Below are positions 48,021-57,676 of a stretch of DNA of 64,000 nt, one piece after another. Location of the stretch: NCBI RefSeq assembly GCF_036321535.1, contig NC_087436.1, positions 119,476,001 through 119,540,000 on the forward strand. Reading direction: 5' to 3'. Position numbers and translations under genes: made by a program. Positions within the stretch are counted from its first letter, which is position 1. The number at the start of each line of letters is the position of its first letter. Under the pieces are notes generated by a model, which made no database searches, was not told the DNA's origin, and worked only from the letters and a program-made list of their open reading frames with translations. The stretch comes from Camelus dromedarius (taxonomy: Eukaryota).

Positions 48021-51000
48021 CTTATGTTCAGTGCAGTTTGGTTTACAGTTTGAGTTATCACCTTGAAGTATGGTGAAACTTGACTTTGAGCGTCATACTG
48101 TTTGAATGTTTTAAAATCCCCTTATTAGTCTCAGTTACATAAAAAGGTGATGCAATTGTGGTCGTTTGGTCAGGGGATTGGACAGTTAGTGCCACACCCC
48201 TTCTCCTAAGCTGGGGGGAACCCCAAGCTTGCTGCTTCTCTCAAGCCTGACTGCCTGAGGCTAGAGTCCCTGGTCCCTCAGGCCCACAAGTCTGCCCCAT
48301 TCTCCAGCGCACACCCCTAGGCATGCCACCCGTCCCAGCAGGTCGTCAGCATTACCTCAAACCTGCTGGAAGCCCTGTGATGGCAGCCGGGTGGCCCGGC
48401 CTCTTCCCTGGGCCACTGTGCCTCCGTTTCCACCTGTGGAGTGGAGATCCCAGTGCCGCCCCAGGCGGTGACAGTGAGCAGGCCCCGGCCTCAGGTCCCC
48501 GCAGAACTGAGCAGAGCGGCGCTCACGTTGTAGGTGGTGCTGCCCAGAGACAGCAGCCTGCGGGGCGTCTGCTCTGATGTCTTTGGCCTGCACACGACAG
48601 TCAGAATCTGTGCCCTGCATCTCCATGGGCGAACTGCGTCACCGCCCTGGGCCACGGTTCTGTTCCCTCCATTCTCTGCAGGCCGAGGGTGGTCGAAGGG
48701 GCTCACTCACTGCTCCCCCAATGCCAGGCCCTGGGCGGAGTGCTCAGTCAGTGACCTCACTGGTCTCCACAGCAGCTCTGGCTCAGAGAAATGATTGGCT
48801 TGGGCTCCTATGGCCAGTTAGCGGCAGAGCTGGAGTTCAAAGCTGTGGCTCCAGTTCAAAGTTCAGACTCCAGCCTTGTGGTTCCCCAGCCCTTGCTCAG
48901 AAACACCCCTCTCCAGGGAACAGCTCTGCTCCAGGGCCTTTGGAAGCTTCTGGTAGCTTGGACCTCCACTCCAAGCAGGGAGGGCCATGCCCACCGGCCG
49001 GCCCCTCGCGGAGATCCCCGGGAAATGCATGAGCAGTGGGGTGGAAGTTGTGGAATATTCTCCTGAGAGAAACTGGGGAGCTGACGGTTCAGAAACCAGC
49101 ACCCGATGTGTGCAGCCTGCCTCCAAGGCAAGAGAGGGAACGAGATGCTGCACCAGCCGGGCGGGAGGCAGGGAGCCACCAGGCTGGACCTTGAGGTGAG
49201 TGTTGGTCCCTAGGGGACCAGAGGAAGGGCGCGGCCAGAGGGGGAGGCCCATGAGCCAAGGCCAGTCCTCAGAGGGGCCCCCAAGCGCAGACCTGCCCAC
49301 CTAGGACTCAGCTGTGCACTTACTTTGCTCCAGGCTCCTTGCCTGATCTAGGACAGAGCTGCCCCACCAGGCTTGGCAACGCCAAGGCCCTGTACTCAGG
49401 ACTAGCTGCCCGAGCCCCTTGCCCAGGGTGCCTGAGCCCTGCGGGGTTCCCTGTGGAAGGAGGGCCAGTGGCCTCCTCCCCCGCCCACGGGCTCCACCCA
49501 AGTCTCACAGTTTTCTTAAACACGTTTCTTCAGCTGCTTCACCCTGTTCAGAGCTCCTGGCAGAGACTGTTCCAACCAAAAGTAAATTCACATTTAAGGG
49601 GCAGATTAGCTGGAGGTTAAGAACTGGAAAATTTTTTTTAAGCCTTTTAATATTATAGGAAAGTTCTTCATTCTTAGAAAATAGACTTTGGAAGAAATCT
49701 GACTGCGGACAACATGACACAGAAGACACAAAGATTCAACTCAAATTTGACGGTCTTGAGTATGTAAACATTTGTTAATCTCCCTCATCCATCGAAGTCT
49801 GAGAATCAGTTCAGTGCTTTGCTTGGTCAAAAGCAATCATTTCAACAACTTCTTAAGGTTTCTTAAGAACTGGAGAATTTAAATTCTCTTAAGCCTTGTC
49901 TCCCTTTTCTGTAACCGAAGGTTAAGAAGAGTGCCCAGCACCTATCCCCTGGCTTCTGAGGATTAAAATAATCCTAAAATGCTGTACTAATTGTGTCATT
50001 AAAAGAAACAACTGCCATTGGAATCATGCTCCTGGCATGTAAACTTTTAGTATCTTACACTCACTCTTGGTGAACGTATGAATTTTAAAAATTGGGATTT
50101 TTTTCCCCCTAATTAAATGCCCGTTCATGGTATAAAATTTGGAAATACAGAAACACAAACACACACGTCGTAACTTCACCACCCAGAGAAGAGACTTTTT
50201 TCGTATTTTTGTCTTTTATTCCTATAAATAAATTTGTCCCTATTTTACAGGTGGGTACGTTGAGGCTTAGGAAGCTGAGGTATTAGTCCCAGGGCATACT
50301 GAGAAGACGGCTGAATGCTGGCCAGCCTGATTCCAAAGTCTTTTCTCCAGCACTGCACGTCTTCCCCTTCTAGGTACATCTGTGTAGTCCTTGGCATCCT
50401 TTGGGTGAAAAAATAGAAGACTTCATCGATTAAAAAATTGGAGAGGGTGTACATTTATTCACTGAAGTACTTAGACGTTGGTTATTACGTGCGAAGTCGG
50501 AGCCACGGACTTGAGCAGCGCCCTTCCTGCTGGTCTGGCTCCAGCTAGCTGCTCTGACGAGTCGTCCCAACACGGGGGATGTAGTCTCCTGGAGCCCTTT
50601 CCTTGCGTAGCATTTTCATGCTTCATCACTCTGACTTAAAAGACTACCCCTGCCAAGTTGGGGTGCATTAACTCATTTCATAGACAAGCACCCCTGGCCA
50701 GTGGCAAAAAGCTAAATTACAGCTGCAGAGGAACTTGTCAAAAGAGCATGTATTTCCACTTCTATAGTTAAAAAATTATAAATGTGGTTAAGTCACCAAA
50801 AATGATTTTCATTTACCAAGAAAAAGTGTTTCTTTTTCAGATGCCTTGGGCTCTGTCATAGTGCCTGCTTCACTCCTGCCAGGGCTGCTGAAAACAAACC
50901 AAAAAAACTGTAACATTGAAGGGGACCCATCCGACTCAGCCGAATTTTTTAAAACAAGGCCAGTTTACCCTGAATGCTCCTGGCTTGGGAGGCCACTCTC

Positions 51001-51128
51001 CAGCACGTCCACATCCACTTCCATGAGTTGAGTGTAAGTCATTGTGATTGTTGTGGTTCCAAAGTTCGTTTATGCCCGAGGTAGTAATTACTGTATTTAC
51101 ATAATTTAATTAAATATCATGTAGACCA

Positions 51129-51250
51129 ATGGTGGTGAAAAAAAGAATTTTTGTTTCTACGAACGTCAAACTAAATGCTTTGGAAAGTCTCAAAAAGGGC
51201 AAATATCATTAAATTGGTATTGAATTGAGTGTGAGTGAGAACTGGAAAAG
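51129..51250 (+). mobile_element. Fossil Tigger/pogo-type transposase N-terminal HTH fragment
   Basis: Translates as MVVKKRIFVSTNVKLNALESLKKGKYH*IGIELSVSENWK, resembling the pogo/Tigger/Jerky pattern KRxVxxxxxKLxxLxxLxKG...ELGV. Confidence 0.55.
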
Positions 51251-53462
51251 GTAGGGAAGCTGAAGTCCACAGGGCAATTGAGAAGGGCTCAGTCATTCAA
51301 GAGCCAGAGTCCTCGCACTTAAGACGACGCCTTGGCCCTCGGCCTGGAGATCAGCAAGTGCTGTGCACCTGTCCGTTCTAAATTAGGATAGAATGTTGAA
51401 AACAAGACAAAAAGGCTAGTTTCGTATAATAATGCATTCAAAATTTATTGTGCCTGCATTTTTCAGGCCTTGTACTTTTTGACAAGGAGATGAAAAAGTC
51501 TTTAGCCCTTGGTTTTAGTGGTCATAAAAATAATGGTAGTTTTAGGGGTTTCTAGTCCAGACTCCGCATTACTCCTCAACCTTCCCCTCGGGGAGGATGG
51601 GTCCCTGGTGGAGTGGCCGGCTCTGTCTGCAACATCGTCGTTCCGTGGCTGTGAGCCTGCCTTCCCGTCGTCTCCCTCACTGGTTCTGCTTCTTGAGAGA
51701 GCCTCTTTCTACCTGTAGTTAGTTTTGAATCCGACATAGGACTTGGTGCCCGACATATCATAAGCATTCAAGTAACACTTATCTTCAGAAAACGAGACTG
51801 GCATTATATTAATGTATTAATCTAACAAGTTTATTGAACACCGGTTATGTGCTCAGCCCTGTGCTGGCCACTAGGGAGGATGATAAATCAACAGGCCTCG
51901 CAGGGCCTTTGTCTCATGGGGCCCAGAGAACTCAGTGGACAGTCATAAAGCAGTGGGTCAAAGGCTGGGCTGGGGCTAAACGCAGGCCGCTGTGCGGACA
52001 GAGGGAGGTCAGTAAAACTGGGGAGAGGATGCTTTAGGGCCCGAGGCATTCTTCCTCGAGGGCAATCTTAAACGGTTTGTGAATGTGTTGCTATTTCAGG
52101 ATCGGGAGCTCTCCTATAATCTAATTAGAAAGAACCTCGTTATGAAGTAGTCAACAGAGTATTCATCTTCTAATTGGAACATCTCCAGCATGAGGTAATA
52201 TAACTTGAGAGAACATTAGTAACTTGGCCGCTTAAAGCAACACCAACCCCATCTGTCTCTCTTGTATCTCTGTGCTCTCAGAGACCTGCCTGTCACCGGG
52301 CTGAAGGCTGGTGAGGCAGTGTTGGGTTCCACCTGGGTAATTTGCCAGTGGTTCAAAATCTGCTGAAAATAACCTGTTCTCTCTCTTGTGAACCAGAGGC
52401 ATGGCCACCCTTATAATGAAAGCTGCTTGCTTGGTGAATGCATTGAGCCAAGCCTCCCCGACCACAAAAGAACCTAGCGGGCCGGTGCTGCTTTCAGCTT
52501 GCGGTGCAGGGAGAACGAAGTTCTATTTGCCAGTTATTTACTGCTTGACCTTAGTCTTGGTGAAGACAGAAATTGTAGAAGATGAGGAGAATGGAAGCAG
52601 GGAGGCGAAGCTTTCACTCCCCTCACTGTCTCGCTTGTGTGCTTTAATAAGTACAGTATTATTTTTTTTAAAGTGTATTTAAGCTGTGCAGGTTAGGAAA
52701 GCAATTTTAATCAACCTGTATTGGCTTCAAAGGGAACACATTTAGAAAACAAAATCATGTCATCCAAAGACAAAAGTTATTGTGACATTCTCATGGAACA
52801 ACTGAGTCATCTGCCCAGAGTGGGGTTTCGACCGTTCTTTAAAGGTGTGTAGTACCAAAAACTAGATCACCCTTCTTATGATCCTTCTTAAGTTTACAGA
52901 TGGGAAAATACTTTTAATCCAAAATCTGAACATCTGAAAATTCAAGCTAAGATTAAGAAGAATTAAAACCAGGCCTCTAGCTCCAAAAGCATCAAAGAAA
53001 ACTGAAAATGTTAATCACTCTGGGTTAAGGAGCTAGACCTATCGGGCCTGTTGTACATTAACTCAAGGAACGACAGACATTTTAATATTTGATACAGTGT
53101 AAAATCACATGCCTAGTGAGGGTCTGTAGTGTTGCCAAGATCTGAAAATATCTTGTTGAAAACAAAAGGCTTACGGACAGTCAGCAGTCACCACTGTATA
53201 TTTTGCACCTGGAAAAACATAATACAATCACTATTTTGTTTTCACTAGAAAACAAAATTTCTTTCTTTCTTTTTTTTTTTGGTACAGATCAATGCATTTC
53301 TTTAGTAGATCCAAGAAAACGTTTCATTAGAATTGAAGACTGTCATTGAGCCAGAAACAAACATTCATAGTAAAGCAGACTGAGCTTCCTTTCATTGAAA
53401 AAAGAGAGATGAAGGAACATAAGCCCCGTTCCCTAGTTACCATTCCTCCTGTTCCTGGTGTT

Positions 53463-53468
53463 TTTATT
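53463..53468 (-). terminator. CCDC96: Candidate polyadenylation signal for CCDC96
   Basis: TTTATT on + (AATAAA on -), ~510 nt downstream of the stop codon. Confidence 0.5.
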
Positions 53469-53981
53469 AACCCAGAAGCTGGTGCTACTTACATGCAAAA
53501 CAATTTTAGACTAAGGGAATTAGTGAGCTTCGAATTGAGACAGTGACTCGGGATGACACAGTGCAATCCATTCAAAGGGGATTTAATAATCAGCTTAATA
53601 CACAGGAAATTTTTTTGACACCCTGCCCATTTGTTGAACCCTTCTGCACATGGAGGAGGAACAGTTTTCCTCAGTATCAGGACACTGAAACTATGGAATT
53701 GTTCAGATATAAAACAGCTTTTGAGAGCTTTCTAGAAGTCAGGGACATTAAATCATCCATGTTTGTCTCTCGGTACCTGTTTTACTTCATCCCATATAAA
53801 CAGTGCTCGGTTTTATGCTCAGCACTAATTTGGAAGCTTGAAAAACTAAGAATACAAAATACAATTCCATCCCAAATATCATGGGCCTTTCTAAGAATGG
53901 CAACAGATGGAGAATAAAAGTTAATGACGGATGAGGTTTGCTGAGACTGAAGATGTTCTGTGGACCCTTTCAATCATTGTG

Positions 53982-55664
53982 TCAAGAGGGCAGAAAGGCT
54001 TTGGCTTCCCTGATCTTCTGCCTCACACCCCTGCAGGACAAAGTCAGCCCGGCGTGATGCTGCTTCAGGGATTCCAAGCGCCGGTTGAGCTGCTCAGTCC
54101 TGTCCACCTTCTCCTCCATGTCCCGAAGGAGTGATTCCTTGCCCAGAAGCCCACACTTCTGATTCAGCTTGATGTTGTCGATCCGCAGGCTGTCTCGGGC
54201 TTGCTTGGTCTTGGTCAAGATGTCCCTCCTTAGAGCCACCTGAGCCTCAATCTCCATAAGCTCTGACTTTTTACGAGCATTTTCTGTATCCACAAAGTGT
54301 AACTTTTCCTTCACGTGTGTTATTATTTGCACATTGTTGGTCAACTTGGTGCGTAATTTTAAAAGCTCCTCATTTCGCTCCTCAACTTTCTCATTGAAAG
54401 TCTGGTTCTCAATCTTAAGCTGTTCAAAATCTATAAGGAGCAGGCCCTCAGTCAGGTCCTCCTGGGCCTTCATCCTGGTTTCAAAATGCACCAGACTCTG
54501 CTTCAGCTGCACGTTCTCCAGCCTCACGGCGCTCATCTCCTTCTCCTTCTTATCCTCCAACGCCTGGATCTGCTCCACCTCCTGCAGAGCGGCCTGGCGA
54601 CCACCCTGCATCCGACAGCTGCCCATGGCCTGCATCACCACCTGCTTCTTGAGTGCCTGGAAGTGAAGCCATTCCTTCTCCACCTCGGAGAGCTTCTCTC
54701 TGCACTGCTGCTTCAGCTGGTCCAGCTCCTGGTGATACCAGCTCAGGTCGTCTGCCTGTTGCTTCCTCAGATCCTCCAGCAGGACCAGATGGTGTAGGTA
54801 TGCTTGCTCTTTCTCGGGCGCCTCAGGCTCCGTGCCCTTGTCAGGCACCTCGGCTGCATCCAGGCCCTTCTTCTTGCGCAGCGCCTCGAAGATCTTGTGC
54901 TGCAGGTAGATGTTGTAGCGCTGGTAGCGACCCCGCTCCACCATCAGGGAGTGGTACTGTTCCAAGAGCTCGGCGCGCAGCTGCTGCTCCTGCCGCTTCT
55001 GCACCTCCTCAGTCCACTCGGAATCGTCAGACTCGAGTTCCCTGTCCACATTTCTCAGCTCTTCCTCGCTTTTCTCCCGGCGTGCTTCCACACGCTTCCC
55101 CTCGGTCTCCTCAGTCCCCTCGCTCTCCTCAGTCTCCTCGCTCTCCTTCCCTTCCTCCTCCACGTGTCCCTTCGGCTCAGCCTCCCGGGATGGCGCAGTC
55201 TCTTCCTTGCGGGTCGAGGACAGCTGCAGAGGGACATGAGACTGGACTTCCTTCTTCCTCGGCTCCGCTGCCTCCTCCGCGTCCTCCTCGTCCTCGTCCG
55301 CCTCCTCCTCCTTCTGTGGTTCCTGGGGCCCGTCTTTGGACCCTGGCTTGGCTGGCTCCTCAGGCCCGGTCTCGGCGGGCTCCCCTGACTCGGCCTCCGC
55401 CGGCCACTCCGGCTCTCCGGGCCCCTCCTCGCCCGCAGCCTCGGTGGCCGCCGGCCCTTCCTGGGACTCAGCCGGCTCGGCCGCAGCACCACCTCCCTCT
55501 GAAGCCTCTACAGCCTCCGGGTCCGGCTCCGACTCCGGCTCCATGGGTTCGGCAGGGGACTGGGGGCCAGAGCTAGTCTTGATTATGGACAGCCGCGAGG
55601 CCAGGCTCTCCGCATCTCCATTTTCCCTCTCGGGGTCCCCAGTGTGATCGGAGTGGTCGTCCAT
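53982..55664 (-). CDS. CCDC96: Coiled-coil domain-containing protein 96 / cilia- and flagella-associated protein 184; single exon, 560 aa
   Basis: First in-frame ATG (MDDHSDHTGD...) to TGA is 1683 nt. Glu/Pro-rich N-half; coiled-coil C-half with LLLIDFEQLKIENQTFNEKVEERNEEL (DUF4201-type). Position between TBC1D14 and TADA2B agrees with known synteny. Confidence 0.93.
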   Translation of the reverse strand: MDDHSDHTGDPERENGDAESLASRLSIIKTSSGPQSPAEPMEPESEPDPEAVEASEGGGAAAEPAESQEGPAATEAAGEEGPGEPEWPAEAESGEPAETGPEEPAKPGSKDGPQEPQKEEEADEDEEDAEEAAEPRKKEVQSHVPLQLSSTRKEETAPSREAEPKGHVEEEGKESEETEESEGTEETEGKRVEARREKSEEELRNVDRELESDDSEWTEEVQKRQEQQLRAELLEQYHSLMVERGRYQRYNIYLQHKIFEALRKKKGLDAAEVPDKGTEPEAPEKEQAYLHHLVLLEDLRKQQADDLSWYHQELDQLKQQCREKLSEVEKEWLHFQALKKQVVMQAMGSCRMQGGRQAALQEVEQIQALEDKKEKEMSAVRLENVQLKQSLVHFETRMKAQEDLTEGLLLIDFEQLKIENQTFNEKVEERNEELLKLRTKLTNNVQIITHVKEKLHFVDTENARKKSELMEIEAQVALRRDILTKTKQARDSLRIDNIKLNQKCGLLGKESLLRDMEEKVDRTEQLNRRLESLKQHHAGLTLSCRGVRQKIREAKAFLPS

Positions 55665-56062
55665 CTCCCTCCCGCAGGGCCAACGCTGCGGACCACGGCT
55701 GCGGATTGTTAGGTTTCCAGGGGCAACCAGGGGCGCGCACGGTGGGCCCGGCGATTGGCTGGACGTCAGCGCAACACCCTGCCCCCTTCTCCCCGCCTCC
55801 CGGCAAGAGCAGACCAATAGGAGGCCGCGGGAGGACGAGGGGTGGTGTTGATTGGGGGAGGACGTAGGCTCGCTCAGAGAGGGGCGTGGCGCATCCGCCG
55901 CGCTTCTTTTCGCCCTTTTCCCCGCGCCCAGCCTGGGGCGGGACGTCGGGGTGGCGCTGAGAGCCACGGGCAGCCGGCGCGAGGGGCGCGCAGGCGCAGA
56001 GCAGCGGGCAAGGTCCCCGCGAGGTGGCGCGCGCGGGGCGCCTGCGCGGTGCGGCGGGGCGA

Positions 56063-56086
56063 CGGCGGCGGCGGCGGCGGCGGCGG
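56063..56086 (+). repeat. (CGG)8 trinucleotide repeat
   Basis: Counted directly. Confidence 0.95.
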
Positions 56087-56252
56087 CCGGGCCTGCCCGA
56101 GCGCGCCTGCGTGCTGAGGCGGGACGCGGCCCGGCTGGCCGGCTCCGGCGGCGCCTGGGCGGGGCGGCGCGGTGGCGGCGGCCGCGGCGGCGGGCGGCGG
56201 TTGCTCGAGCGCGGCGGCGGGCCCGGGTGGCGGCGCTCTGACGGCTGCAGGC

Positions 56253-56253
<1 letters not shown>

Positions 56254-56289
<36 letters not shown>
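56254..56289 (+). repeat. (CGG)12 trinucleotide repeat in TADA2B 5' leader
   Basis: Counted directly; uninterrupted; ends 23 nt before the ATG. Confidence 0.95.
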
Positions 56290-56312
56290 GCGCGGGCGGC
56301 GGGCGGGGGAAG

Positions 56313-56582
56313 ATGGCGGAGCTCGGTAAGAAGTACTGCGTGTACTGCCTGGCCGAGGTGAGCCCGCTGCGCTTCCGTTGCACCGAGTGCCAGGACATCG
56401 AGCTGTGCCCCGAGTGCTTCTCGGCCGGCGCCGAGATCGGCCACCACCGCCGCTACCACGGCTACCAGCTGGTGGACGGCGGGCGCTTCACGCTGTGGGG
56501 GCCCGAGGCCGAGGGCGGCTGGACCAGCCGCGAGGAGCAGCTGCTGCTGGATGCCATCGAGCAGTTCGGCTTCGGAAACTGG
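56313..56582 (+). CDS. TADA2B: Transcriptional adaptor 2B (SAGA HAT module), coding exon 1: ZZ zinc finger and start of SANT domain, 90 codons
   Basis: aagATGg Kozak context. MAELGKKYCVYCLAEVSPLRFRCTECQDIELCPECF...WTSREEQLLLDAIEQFGFGNW, then |gtgagc phase-0 donor. No downstream coding exon found in the window. Confidence 0.96.
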
Positions 56583-57526
56583 GTGAGCGGCGGGCCGTGC
56601 GCGCCCGCGAGAGGCCGGCGCACCTGCGGGTTCGGCGCCGCCGCGCAGGGCCCGGGAGGCCGGGCCAGTTCGCGCGCCCCAGGGTTGCACGACCCAACCT
56701 GGCCCAGAGAGGCTAAGCCACACTCCCAAGGTCACACAGCAGGAAGTAGTAAAGGGGGGATTCGGACTGTGGGTGGCTGGCACCAGGGCCGATTCCCTAG
56801 CCTTTGGGAATTCTTCCCTAGGTGTCTGTCAAGTGCACACTTTGGGCGAGACCCGGCGCCTCGCCTGGCGGAGTAGGAGTTGGGAGACACAGGCAGGTGT
56901 GCAGGCTTGACAGCAGTAGGCGCACGGAGGAGAGAGCTGGTTTTGCCTGCAGAGCAGTGGTGGCGAAGGCCAGATGAGCTTCACACGGGCTCTGCGGCCT
57001 CTCCCACCGCCTCACATGCGCTCACTCATGGCCCTGCTCACTTTGTGTCCTGTGCCCCCTGCCAGGAACTTGTTTATCCTTGGATCCCCGAAGCCCCCAG
57101 GACAATGGGTCAGGAGCGCTCACTGGGTACTGACACAGTAGCGGGGACTAAGGCACCTGTCCTGGGTTTTGCTTTCTTCATGTCAGGGAGCTTCTATCAA
57201 GACGTTTATCCCAGAGGAAAAGGGGAGGGCTGGACTGAAGTCATGTGCAGTAGGTTCCTTGAGAGAGGGACGTGCTGGCTATCCTCTGCAGGGTCTCTGA
57301 GGAGCTCTCATTCCAGGAAGAGGAAGCTTTCATCCATACTAGAAAGGGAAAGTCTGGCTATATTCTGGTCCATAATTGTCAAGGATACATGGCCACTTCC
57401 AAGGCATTGTGAGGGGTAGGGAGGAGAGACGTGACCCCAGCTCCGTAATCTTTCCAGACCGTCCCACGTGATGGTCCTAACCTCCCTGAACCAGCATTTC
57501 ATCTTGCTGCCACTTCCCAGGAGTAC

Positions 57527-57676
57527 CAGTCATCCCTCAGTATCCACGGATGATTGGTTACAGAACCCCCAGCGGCCACTGGGATCCACCAGTACTCAAG
57601 TCCTCTAGATAAGTGGCGTAGCCGGGGTTTGGTTGAATCTGTGGATGCAGAACCCGGGGATACACAGGGCCGACTC
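57527..57676. mobile_element. Internally deleted MER2-like (TcMar-Tigger) MITE
   Basis: Left end cagtcatccctcagtatcc pairs imperfectly with right end ggatacacagggccgactc; TA near both ends; both ends resemble MER2. Confidence 0.75.

Larger units (their letters stand above)
55665..56312. promoter_or_regulatory. Bidirectional CpG-island promoter / 5'UTRs of CCDC96 (-) and TADA2B (+)
   Basis: 648 bp between divergent ATGs, extremely CpG-rich. CCAAT boxes at 55754(-), 55814(+), 55851(-); CRE-like GACGTCA at 55762; X-box at 55713; GC boxes; no TATA. Confidence 0.85.

Noticed and set aside
54334..55647. Plus-strand ORFs opposite CCDC96
   Set aside because: Antisense shadows of a GC3-rich coding sequence.
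53982..56783. 933-aa ORF as the CCDC96 product
   Set aside because: It starts at GTG, and the first 373 codons are low-complexity antisense read-through of a CpG island and TADA2B exon 1. The first ATG is at 55664 and gives the expected ~560 aa.
56172..56876. 234-aa ORF as a complete gene
   Set aside because: Similarity to TADA2B ends at the donor at 56582/56583; the tail is intron read-through.
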